Below are positions 19,001-27,370 of a DNA stretch of 64,000 nt, piece by piece (position 1 is the first letter of the stretch; every line of letters begins with the position of its first letter). The stretch spans positions 130,320 to 194,319 of the forward strand of contig JADJSS010000004.1 of assembly GCA_016711605.1 (NCBI GenBank), written 5' to 3'. Source of the stretch: Saprospirales bacterium. Lineage in GTDB: Bacteria; Bacteroidota; Bacteroidia; Chitinophagales; JADIYW01. The notes beneath the pieces were generated by a model. It saw only the letters and a list, made by a program, of their open reading frames with translations. It did no database searches and had not been told where the DNA came from. The translations under genes were made by a program, and so were the position numbers.

Positions 19001-19249
19001 ATAGATTTAGAAGCGGTAATTTATCCAAATCCTACAACTTCTGATATAACTATTCAATTTAACGACGATGTAAATGAATTTGTAAATATAAATGTGTACA
19101 ATACAATTGGTGCTGTTGTTTACTCATCTGAAACTAAAAGTAATAATAGTAACATACTTTTAAATACAACACAATTTCCTAATGGAACCTATTTTGTTCA
19201 TATAAAAACCAATGAAAAAGTCTTCGTAAAAAAAATTGAGAAGAACTAA
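16001..19249 (+). CDS. T9SS-secreted parallel beta-helix protein with GGAI-type (Pmp-like) repeats, SdrD-B/Cna-B-like domain and C-terminal sorting domain
   Basis: It starts 5 nt after the upstream cargo gene. It has repeated GGAISIGN / GGGAIHIF / GGAISLIG / GGAIFTNYG / GGAIAVSQ motifs and a SdrD-B-like segment (ISGIAFYDSNGDGIFNE...GTYKVAF). The C-terminus is VIYPNPTTSDITIQF...GTYFVHIKTNEKVFVKKIEKN. Confidence 0.8.
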   Translation: MTKHLQNRIQQILLLWIMFSVYYSSAQIYVGAWNPIRYPNTGTCGWSFQDNGAAGTATDPYASIEKAMNTVVANGTTNQTIYFLPDAYIQNWDYDSTVTEVRDNCDGHDLDYMPTITSALNGLQLLGSTQGCLTMLEALGTSNSLQFINISGANNITISNIYFKGYSQAVSINNSTNVTFTNCIFESCNYGITALDAILINSTTSNTSVTFNNCKFIDNNKNTSTNAVTIRSSSTTASIFTTVNFSGCEFVCNSKDNAGGSVQIVGRTISTATPTTVNFTGGVFANNVVTSSAGRGGAISIGNNSKVDINGTYFFNNIVNTSGVSSPNDGGGAIHIFSDNTGLTTAARTDVSITNALFYGNRSTSVGNGGAISLIGASGHTNTNRPKLTITNTIFEKNKSGGSGGAIFTNYGELNVSNSTFKRDTASTGGAIAVSQTTSVFTLANDSFVSNSATTGIDIQSDADFTMANCVTSVASIAGPGTYNWILVDNFNRADNNTVGNSWIERESAATGAKITSNQLELNSVSVNGREWNYRTISQYTTAGLTDNTGNITWAWNMHPNRSGLSGFDSLTAGWNYGIGFVLGTTSANIAIGNGYAVVIGQTSTDPIRLVRYTNGLDANVNITNIIASGTTYAGTEYFSIRVVFNPTTDAWSLFVESNGVSYPRADPRLTATQVGSATVNTTYVTSANNLNTLGALWNHSSSGVANARFDDIYIQSNNGIGTGSTLTYIDGSRLVGSYACTNGYCAAAVAATCLSNSLSNFICTAANATGSISGIAFYDSNGDGIFNEALPLDSIYIILYDGNNNVIGRYTTDGTGAYSFNGLPSGTYKVAFTKLGYFYGQTLQNQGSGTLDSDIDNTYVSMLVTINTSLTNTENADNAVSALHHQNVSAGFLTDNVLPLDLIGFNGEINNCNEVKLTWKTASEMNVSHFEILKSENGNEFNSIEKISSKGNYQTSLNTYSSKHIQNNKQAYYKLKMVDLDNTYKYSPIIFIKNDCLKSIDLEAVIYPNPTTSDITIQFNDDVNEFVNINVYNTIGAVVYSSETKSNNSNILLNTTQFPNGTYFVHIKTNEKVFVKKIEKN

Positions 19250-20115
19250 TAATTTACAATTTGTTCTAAAACGTAACGAATTAATTTATCAGTTGCACCA
19301 TGCGGATCTTTGCTAAAAGTTCCATCAACGCGGTTCGCTAAAATGGCATTGAGTGATAACGCATGATGGCCAAGCAATTTACTCATTCCATAAATAGCAG
19401 AAGTTTCCATTTCCATATTCGTAAGCTTTCTGTTTCCTGGTAGTATAATTGCAGAAAGTTCATCAATATATTTTTTATCTTTTGGAGCGATACGAACGGT
19501 TCTGCCTTGAGGTCCATAAAAGCCACAATTGGTAAGTGTAACACCTTTTCTAATATCTTTTGCTACTGTATTTAATAATGTATCAGAACCTTTTACAATT
19601 ACTGGATGTACGCCTAAATTACGCACAATTGGAATTATTGGTTCTAAGAATTGTTTGTCTTCTTCAGAAACTTCAAAATTATAAAAGCCAAGTAATCCAT
19701 CTAAACCTACACCATATTCACTGGCTAAAAAAGTATCCACTGGAATGTCATGTTGTAGCGAACCACAAGTTCCAATTCTAATAAAATTTAAAGCTGTCAA
19801 CTCGCTTTTTACTTGTCGAGTTTTTAAATCCATATTAACAAGTGCATCCAATTCTGTTAAAACAATGTCAATATTGTCAGTGCCAATGCCTGTTGATAAA
19901 CAAGTCAAACGTTTATTGCCAACATAACCTGTATGTGTCACAAATTCTCGTTTCTGTTTTTTTACTTCAATGGTATCAAAATACCTGGATACTTCTTCCA
20001 CACGATCTGGATCACCCACCAAAAATATAGTTTCTGCAATATCTTCAGGTAAAATATTTAAATGATAAATGCTACCATCAGGATTTAAAATTAACTCACT
20101 TTCTTGTAATTGCAT
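19246..20115 (-). CDS. Nucleoside phosphorylase (PNP/UDP phosphorylase family)
   Basis: 289-aa ORF with the family-typical GTCGS (RIGTCGSL) and EMETSAIYG motifs. Its stop codon overlaps the convergent upstream gene by 4 nt. Confidence 0.75.
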   Translation of the reverse strand: MQLQESELILNPDGSIYHLNILPEDIAETIFLVGDPDRVEEVSRYFDTIEVKKQKREFVTHTGYVGNKRLTCLSTGIGTDNIDIVLTELDALVNMDLKTRQVKSELTALNFIRIGTCGSLQHDIPVDTFLASEYGVGLDGLLGFYNFEVSEEDKQFLEPIIPIVRNLGVHPVIVKGSDTLLNTVAKDIRKGVTLTNCGFYGPQGRTVRIAPKDKKYIDELSAIILPGNRKLTNMEMETSAIYGMSKLLGHHALSLNAILANRVDGTFSKDPHGATDKLIRYVLEQIVNY

Positions 20116-20169
20116 ATTTTAGAATTTAATTGCCAAAATACAATAATATCCTTATTTATTAATTGGATT

Positions 20170-23100
20170 TTATTGTTTTATAATTTTTTCAGTTCTTAAT
20201 ATTAAGGATGTTTCATTGTCAAAAATATTCAGATAATAAACTCCTTTTGGTAAATGTATTAACTCATTTAATTCAATAGTTGTTTTATTAGATGGAATTG
20301 TTATGGTTTTAGTAAATGCAATTTTTCCATTATTATCGAATAAAACTAGCTTGCTATTTTTAGATTCAGAGAAATTAAATTCAATAGTGATAACTTCTTT
20401 AAATGGATTTGGATAAATTTTTATTTCATTTGTTTTGAATGCGTTTATTGAAATCACAACAATAGGTGAGTAGCTGAAAGTGCCATCAAAATCTACTATT
20501 TTCAATCGGTAATAATATTTTTGGTTACTTACATCTATTTCGTTGTCTATAAAATTATAATCTATTTTTTGATTACTATATCCTGTAGCATTTTCAGTTC
20601 CAATGGTATAAAAACCCATTCCATTTGTACTTCGTTCAATAATAAATTCTTTAGTGTTTTGTTCTGATAAAGTTGTCCAATTTAATGCAATAGTATTATC
20701 CATCAGTTTTCCATTAAATGAAATTAATTCAACTGGTAATACTGTTGTTCTTTTTATTCCATCTGAAATGGCTACTACTGAAAATAAACCTGCACCGTTT
20801 CTTGCTCGAACTGTAATATAATATGTTGTGTCTTGTAATAGTGATAAACTTGAAGCAATAAATGAATTGGATAGACCAATATTTGTCCAGCTTACAACAT
20901 TACTATCGCCAGATTGAGTTCCTATTGCATATTCGTAATAAGCAATATTAGAATTTATATCTGTTGATACTAACCAATTTCCTAATAATGTGGTTGTACT
21001 TAGAGTTTCATCTTCATCTGCACCAACACCATCATTTATAATAGCGATTGCATTTGGTTTCGTAGTATCAATATTAATTTCTTTTTCAATTGGATTTGAA
21101 AAACGATTACAAGTGTCTAATAATAATGTTCTGATATTTCCAGCTGCAGTTAATGAATCAGGATTTTCAAATCTTAAATCACCATTTATGCCAACATCTA
21201 CTAACGTCGAAGTGTTTCTGATCTTATACACTCGAATATCATCATAAGCAATTTTGCTATTTCCAGTTCTGCAAGATATTGCATTGCCTGATGTTAATGG
21301 TGATGGATCCGTCCATTGTCCAATATAAATATTGTCTCTAAAAACAGAAATTGTTCCAGTTGATGGATTGTATATTACTTTGTAATTATACGGTACACCA
21401 ACCTGAACATCTAATGGTACTTGATATCGAACACTACCAAATATATTAGTAGCATTAGTAGCACCACTCGTTTTGTAAATTTGCATATTATCCTGATCTG
21501 CTCTAAACCAAACAAAATAAGAATTGCCTCTGTTCTGCCACGTTGGATTATCGCACATAAAATGTAAGCCAGCTCTTCGGTTGCCGCCAACACCATCTAG
21601 CACTGCTGTCCATTCGTATAAATATATTTCACTAGATACTTGATTCACCAACGTGTGTATATTTGTGTTGGTAGATATTTCATCTGTTTGAATTAATTGT
21701 CCAACCGTATTCGACCAAGTACCAAAACCAACTGGTGAATTCCAAGATGGATGAATCACACCTGTATTAAAATTATCTGTAAAAAAACCTTTGGTTGTAT
21801 TGCTTCGCCATTCTGTACCGTCAAAATCACTTAAGTTATAAAACGAAAATTTTAAAGGACAACTACAACCAATTGCATCTGCATATGTTGCAGTAAAATC
21901 ACTGCTTACCCAATTGTTGTATTGTGGTGCAATGCTAATCGTTGTTGATGGCAAATTGGAACATGTGGAATTAATTAAAACGCCATCACTTATGACTGGA
22001 TTGGAAAATAAACCAGCTCCATTTTTTGCAATTATGGTAACATAATAAGTAGTTCCATTCGTTAAATTTAAACCAGTTAATGCAATAAACGTCGAAGTTC
22101 CATTGTCTGTTGATGCTACTAATTCGCTTCCACCAATTGTTGTTCCAATGCTATAATAATAATTTACAACACCAGAATTCGTATCCGAACTTGGTGTCCA
22201 ATTTGCATAAAAATTGGTAGTTTCGGTAGTAATATCAATATCAGCTGCAATGCCATCATTTACTGTAAATGTATCTTTTGGAGTCGTAAAGTCTATATTG
22301 GTTAAACCAGTTTCCATCGTAGACCATCTATTACAGTTGTCAAGTATAACAGAATTAATTAATACTGCGTCTGTAGTTGGTTGTACATTTTCAAATTGTA
22401 CATCATTAGTAGGTGCTGCACCAACGGTTACTATTGGTGATGTTGTTCTTGTTTTACTAACTATAAAATCATCGTAGTACACTTCACATTCAGCACTTCT
22501 AAAAGAAATGTGTGTGCCACTCGTAAATGGTGTTGCATCTGTATAAGTTGAAACTTGAATATCATCTTTATAAATTGTAATTATTCCAGTAGTTGCATCG
22601 TATGTTATTTTCACATCAAACCAAGTGTTGGTTGGTATCGTTGTCGCATCATTTGTTAAAGGAGCACTAATTGCATTGGCTGTACATTTATAAATTTGAA
22701 CGGTATTGTTATCATCTCTAAAATAAACCATATACGAATTTCCGCGATTGCTTTGTGTAGGATTATCACAAAAGAAATGGATGCCTGCGCGTTTATTTGT
22801 TCCACTGCCATTTATCTTCATTTTAAAATGATATAGATAGGAAGAATTGGTTTGTGTTAAAGGTGCATAAATATTGGTGTTCGTTAGTACTTGATCACTT
22901 TGAAAAAGTGTATTGGTACTGATATTCCAAGTTCCAGTATTAATTGTCCAATCTGAATGTATGGTAGCTATTGAAAAATCATAATAATAAAAACCATTTG
23001 CATAATTACTTCTGTATGCTGTTCCATTAAAATTTGCAATGTTGTAAAAACGAGATTTTAATCCAGAAACACAAGTAAATGAATCTTTAAATTGTAATGC

Positions 23101-25380
23101 AAAATTTCCTGTATACCATTCTTGTAAATTTTGAATTTCGGTAATTGGATTGGTTACCGATGCACCACCAGTACAAGTCCAAGTGGCGTCCCAGCCTTTT
23201 TTTATTGTCCAATTACTCGAAGTGAATCTAAAGGTGATTGCGCCACCAGACGATATAATGGTACCAGGTGAAGTTGTTCCACTATAAGTTCCAATTAATG
23301 GAGATGAAGTAGAAGCACCGTTGTAAATCCGTAAAACATCATTGGTTAATTCTGTTTCAAAGCTGGAAAAATTTATAGTAATAGAAGTAGCACCTGCAGG
23401 TTTTATTGTGTAAGTCCAATCTTCTCTATTGGTATAGCTACCTAATTTTCCACCAGAATCTCTAAAATCTCCTGTGCAAGTTGATGCAACATAAGACGCA
23501 GTGCCTTGTACTGTATTTCCTGGTCTGTTGGTGTTGAAATAGTTGCCAATCCAACCAGATGAATCTGTTCCACATCTGCTTCTAATTTCACATTGGTAAA
23601 TTGAATTCGATTCTAAACCTGTTGCAAAAAAAGAATTAGTTGTACTGGTTTTGTTTGTCCAGGTTGATTCTATAGTTGTTTTATATCTAATGTTGTACGA
23701 CGTTGCACCAGCAACTGCATTCCAGGAAATAGTTGCTGTTAATGCTTGTGGTGTGATAATTAAATTGCTTGGTGACTGACAAGATGGTGCTGCAATATCA
23801 GTTGTCCAATTAGCAACCCAACCTGAAAGGTTCGTAGAACAGTCGGATCTAAATTCAAAAAAAATAGCACCAGAATAGGCAACTACTGTTCCTGGATTGG
23901 TTGAATATTTTCCAATCAATCTGCTGTTATTGTTTGCGCCATCATAAATCAATAAAAAATCATTATTGGTTTCTACATTCCAAGATGAAAATGTAACTCG
24001 AATTGGATTAGTAGTGACAGGATCTATCAAAAATGTAGAATGAGAAGCATCCGTATAATTACCAGCTACACCACCAGCATCATAAAAAGTACCATTTAAT
24101 GCGGTTGAAGTAAATGTTGGAGCTGGAAATGGATTTACCATTCTATACAATCTTTCCCAATCAAAAAATGGACCTGGATCTACGTGTGTATTAGATGGAT
24201 AATGTTGATGTCCTTTTATTTTATAACAGGAATTAGATAAAGGTAATAAGCCATTTACCGGTGGACCATTATACATTTTTAATTTTTGAACACTTTCAGC
24301 ACTAGAAATAAAATTTACTAGATTGGCTACGCTTGCATATTGCGCATTGGTAAACCAAGCCAATCCATCTTCAGCATACGCTTCTTGTTCAATACCAACT
24401 GCAAATGAATTGGAATTTCCTACATGAAATGCGCGTCTTCTATGGCAAACCATTTGCGTAATTTGTCCATCATAAGAACGAATACAATATTGTGCAGAAA
24501 CACTTGCTGAAGTGTTTTTAAACCAACTGATAGAACCAGCATAAGAACCTTGCATAGTATGTATCGCAACCATATCTGGTGTAATTGCCACACTATAGTT
24601 TGTGGATGCAGCTGGATCCCAAATGGCAGTTGGATATTCTGCTGGTCCAGTAGGCATTACACATGGACCCATTAATTGTGCATCATCATTTGCATGATAA
24701 ATATAACCTTTGTTGGTAGATATTTGATTGGTGTTTAAATCAACTTGTGTGGCACTTAAAACTTGGTAATTTTCTTCACCAAAAATTGCAACCAAATCAA
24801 AATTAAATTTTTGTGTATGATAAAATGATTGAAATTCTTTGTTATTTAAAAAGGATAAAATGCCATAAAGTTGTATATCTCTTACATATACATCATCGTT
24901 ATTATTAGATGGTAATTCTGATAATTTTTCTAACGTTTGTATGTAACTATTTTTTGTAGAATTGCTGTTAAATTGGTTTAGTTGCAATAGAGTAGAATAT
25001 GCTTTTGCAAATGCTAAAATATTTATTCTAGGATTTTCTTTGATTTGTTTTTTTGAATAACCAGATAAATTTGAAACAGTTTCTAAGTTGTTTTTAAATA
25101 CGTTTTTCCCATTTTCAATCAAACCCATTACACCAAAATAAAAAGGCATTTGCGAGCAACTTTCCGTAGTGTTGTTTTTTGTATTATGATGAATTCTGGT
25201 ATTGTGATAAGCAAATGCTTCTAAATAACCACGTGGAATTTCTGGATAGGTTTGATAGGCTTCTTCAAAAAAAACAGCATAATCATTTCTTAAAAATAAA
25301 TTTCCTTTACTATCAAAACTTTGAGCATTTAATAAAGAAATAAGAAATATAAAAATAATGAAATGTAAATTTTTAATCAT
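20170..25380 (-). CDS. Giant T9SS cargo: N-acetylmuramoyl-L-alanine amidase (Amidase_2) domain fused to 2 CUB, FN3-like and duplicated LamG-like modules
   Basis: It has a signal peptide. The Amidase_2 pattern reads AIHTMQG...AQYCIRSYDGQITQMV...AFHVGNSN..AVGIEQE...GHQHY...HVDPGPFFDW. The CUB domains are FYDAGGVAGNYTD...LLIYDG and FRDSGGKLGSYTN...LRIYNG. A ~380-aa module is duplicated (RAGIHFFCDNPTQSNRGNSYMVYF / RAGLHFMCDNPTWQNRGNSYFVWF). The Por_Secre_tail end is IKIYPNPFKEVITIEF.... Confidence 0.85.
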   Translation of the reverse strand: MIKNLHFIIFIFLISLLNAQSFDSKGNLFLRNDYAVFFEEAYQTYPEIPRGYLEAFAYHNTRIHHNTKNNTTESCSQMPFYFGVMGLIENGKNVFKNNLETVSNLSGYSKKQIKENPRINILAFAKAYSTLLQLNQFNSNSTKNSYIQTLEKLSELPSNNNDDVYVRDIQLYGILSFLNNKEFQSFYHTQKFNFDLVAIFGEENYQVLSATQVDLNTNQISTNKGYIYHANDDAQLMGPCVMPTGPAEYPTAIWDPAASTNYSVAITPDMVAIHTMQGSYAGSISWFKNTSASVSAQYCIRSYDGQITQMVCHRRRAFHVGNSNSFAVGIEQEAYAEDGLAWFTNAQYASVANLVNFISSAESVQKLKMYNGPPVNGLLPLSNSCYKIKGHQHYPSNTHVDPGPFFDWERLYRMVNPFPAPTFTSTALNGTFYDAGGVAGNYTDASHSTFLIDPVTTNPIRVTFSSWNVETNNDFLLIYDGANNNSRLIGKYSTNPGTVVAYSGAIFFEFRSDCSTNLSGWVANWTTDIAAPSCQSPSNLIITPQALTATISWNAVAGATSYNIRYKTTIESTWTNKTSTTNSFFATGLESNSIYQCEIRSRCGTDSSGWIGNYFNTNRPGNTVQGTASYVASTCTGDFRDSGGKLGSYTNREDWTYTIKPAGATSITINFSSFETELTNDVLRIYNGASTSSPLIGTYSGTTSPGTIISSGGAITFRFTSSNWTIKKGWDATWTCTGGASVTNPITEIQNLQEWYTGNFALQFKDSFTCVSGLKSRFYNIANFNGTAYRSNYANGFYYYDFSIATIHSDWTINTGTWNISTNTLFQSDQVLTNTNIYAPLTQTNSSYLYHFKMKINGSGTNKRAGIHFFCDNPTQSNRGNSYMVYFRDDNNTVQIYKCTANAISAPLTNDATTIPTNTWFDVKITYDATTGIITIYKDDIQVSTYTDATPFTSGTHISFRSAECEVYYDDFIVSKTRTTSPIVTVGAAPTNDVQFENVQPTTDAVLINSVILDNCNRWSTMETGLTNIDFTTPKDTFTVNDGIAADIDITTETTNFYANWTPSSDTNSGVVNYYYSIGTTIGGSELVASTDNGTSTFIALTGLNLTNGTTYYVTIIAKNGAGLFSNPVISDGVLINSTCSNLPSTTISIAPQYNNWVSSDFTATYADAIGCSCPLKFSFYNLSDFDGTEWRSNTTKGFFTDNFNTGVIHPSWNSPVGFGTWSNTVGQLIQTDEISTNTNIHTLVNQVSSEIYLYEWTAVLDGVGGNRRAGLHFMCDNPTWQNRGNSYFVWFRADQDNMQIYKTSGATNATNIFGSVRYQVPLDVQVGVPYNYKVIYNPSTGTISVFRDNIYIGQWTDPSPLTSGNAISCRTGNSKIAYDDIRVYKIRNTSTLVDVGINGDLRFENPDSLTAAGNIRTLLLDTCNRFSNPIEKEINIDTTKPNAIAIINDGVGADEDETLSTTTLLGNWLVSTDINSNIAYYEYAIGTQSGDSNVVSWTNIGLSNSFIASSLSLLQDTTYYITVRARNGAGLFSVVAISDGIKRTTVLPVELISFNGKLMDNTIALNWTTLSEQNTKEFIIERSTNGMGFYTIGTENATGYSNQKIDYNFIDNEIDVSNQKYYYRLKIVDFDGTFSYSPIVVISINAFKTNEIKIYPNPFKEVITIEFNFSESKNSKLVLFDNNGKIAFTKTITIPSNKTTIELNELIHLPKGVYYLNIFDNETSLILRTEKIIKQ

Positions 25381-25450
25381 TCATGTTGTTTACAATATAA
25401 ATTTACACATTATATTTTTAATTAGCACAAATTCTATTCAATTTTTATTC

Positions 25451-25458
25451 TATTTTTG
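25451..25458 (+). promoter_or_regulatory. Bacteroidota -7 box TATTTTTG immediately upstream of the recQ start codons
   Basis: Exact TAnnTTTG match. ATG codons follow at 25460 and 25463 (1 or 4 nt downstream). Confidence 0.4.
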
Positions 25459-25459
25459 G

Positions 25460-27370
25460 ATGATGTTAACAGCGAATGATACATTATCACACTATTTTGG
25501 TTACGAGACTTTTCGTGAACCACAAGCTGCTATAATTCAGTCTGTTTTGGATGGAAAAGATACGATGGCATTATTACCAACTGGTGGTGGAAAATCTCTT
25601 TGTTTTCAAATTCCAGCATTAATGCAAGATGGAATTTGCATAGTAGTTTCGCCATTAATTGCCTTGATGAAAGATCAGGTTTTTCAACTTAAAAAAAGAG
25701 GCATAAAAGCTGCAGCTATTTTTTCTGGACTTTCATATCATGAAATTGATATAGTGTTAGATAATTGCCAATTTGGATATTATAAGTTTTTATACATTTC
25801 TCCAGAAAGATTGAAAACTGATATTTTTATCGAGCGTTTTAAAAGAATGAACGTCAATTTAATTGCGGTTGATGAAGCACATTGCATATCACAATGGGGT
25901 TTTGATTTTCGTCCTCCGTATTTGGAAATAGCAGAAATAAGAAAACATCATCCAAAAATTCCTGTGTTGGCATTAACGGCTTCTGCAACTGCGCGTGTGC
26001 AAAATGACATCATTCAAAAACTGGAATTTAAAAAAGACTATACCGTTTTTAAAAAGTCATTTTTACGCGAAAATTTAAGTTTTGTTGTACGAAAAGAAGA
26101 AGCAAAGTATCCGAAATTAGTAAACATTATTTCTACCATAAAAGGAAGTGGAATTGTGTATGTTAGAAGCAGAAATAAAACAAAAGATGTTGCAGAATAT
26201 CTTCTAAAAAATAACATCAAAGCAGATTTTTATCATGCTGGTTTAAAGCATGACGAACGTAATAAAAAACAAGATAACTGGATAAAAAATAAAACACAAG
26301 TTGTTGTTTGTACCAATGCATTTGGAATGGGTATTGATAAATCCGACGTTCGATTTGTTGTTCATTTAGATATTCCAGAAAGTATGGAAGCATATTATCA
26401 GGAAGCTGGAAGAGCTGGCCGTGATGGCAATTTATCATACGCAGCGTTGTTGTTTAATCAAAATGATATTGATACGCTAGAACAAAAAAAACATCAAAAA
26501 TTTCCTTCTGTTGAGAATATAAAAAAAGTGTACAATGCTATTTGCAATCATTTTAAAATTGCGGTTGGAAGCGGAAAAATGACCACACGTGATTTTGATA
26601 TTTATTCTTTTTCTAAGTTGTTTAATGTAGAAATTACACTGACTTATAACTGCTTAAAAATTTTAGAACAAGAAAATTACATGCAACTCAGTGATAGTAT
26701 CTACATGCCTTCTCGCGTGGTGTTTCGCGTTGATAAACATGATTTATATAAATTTCAAGTGGCAAATGCTTCCTATGATTTTATAATAAAAGCATTGTTG
26801 AGAAATTATGGTGGAATTGTAGATCACTATGCTAAAATTAATGAACAACAATTAGCTACGCAATTAAAAATTACAGTTGCCGATGTGATTGCGCAACTAA
26901 AATTTCTTCAAAAAAATAAATTGCTTACCTATATTTCAGCCAACGAAGAGCCAACAATTACTTTGTTAGAAGAGCGTTTGCACGAAGATTATTTACGCAT
27001 CAATACGCAATATATCAATGAGCGTAAAAGCATATATTTTGATCAATTAAAAACGATGTTGTATTATACCGAACAATCTAAAACTTGCAGACAAGCCATA
27101 ATTTGTTCGTACTTTGGAGAAGAAAATGAAATAAAATGCAATCGTTGTGATGTTTGTTTAGAAGAAAATAAAATGCTGCATCATACTCTAGATTTTAAAA
27201 ATGCAAAAGATTTTATTTTAAAAAATACCGAAGAAAACTGGATACCAATGGAAAATTTGTTGCCTAAAAATGCACATTTTGAAAATCAATTGTATAAAGA
27301 AGTGATTCGTTTTTTATTAGATGAAAAATTGTTACTTGTAAACAATAAAAATGAACTAAAAAGTGTCTAA
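25460..27370 (+). CDS. recQ: ATP-dependent DNA helicase RecQ
   Basis: It begins LSHYFGYETFREPQAAIIQSV and has Walker A TGGGKS, DEAH box (VDEAHCISQWGFDFRP), and the RecQ zinc-finger cysteines (CRQAIICSYFGE...CNRCDVC). The start is moved from 25358 to the internal ATG pair because the upstream 34 codons are hydrophobic junk that overlaps the divergent gene. Confidence 0.9.
   Translation: MMLTANDTLSHYFGYETFREPQAAIIQSVLDGKDTMALLPTGGGKSLCFQIPALMQDGICIVVSPLIALMKDQVFQLKKRGIKAAAIFSGLSYHEIDIVLDNCQFGYYKFLYISPERLKTDIFIERFKRMNVNLIAVDEAHCISQWGFDFRPPYLEIAEIRKHHPKIPVLALTASATARVQNDIIQKLEFKKDYTVFKKSFLRENLSFVVRKEEAKYPKLVNIISTIKGSGIVYVRSRNKTKDVAEYLLKNNIKADFYHAGLKHDERNKKQDNWIKNKTQVVVCTNAFGMGIDKSDVRFVVHLDIPESMEAYYQEAGRAGRDGNLSYAALLFNQNDIDTLEQKKHQKFPSVENIKKVYNAICNHFKIAVGSGKMTTRDFDIYSFSKLFNVEITLTYNCLKILEQENYMQLSDSIYMPSRVVFRVDKHDLYKFQVANASYDFIIKALLRNYGGIVDHYAKINEQQLATQLKITVADVIAQLKFLQKNKLLTYISANEEPTITLLEERLHEDYLRINTQYINERKSIYFDQLKTMLYYTEQSKTCRQAIICSYFGEENEIKCNRCDVCLEENKMLHHTLDFKNAKDFILKNTEENWIPMENLLPKNAHFENQLYKEVIRFLLDEKLLLVNNKNELKSV

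Noticed and set aside
25358-25459. N-terminal 34-codon extension of recQ (MKCKFLIIHVVYNINLHIIFLISTNSIQFLFYFW)
   Set aside because: The extension overlaps the start of the divergent 1736-aa gene, contains the -7 box, and is not RecQ-like. The conserved helicase begins right after the internal ATG pair.
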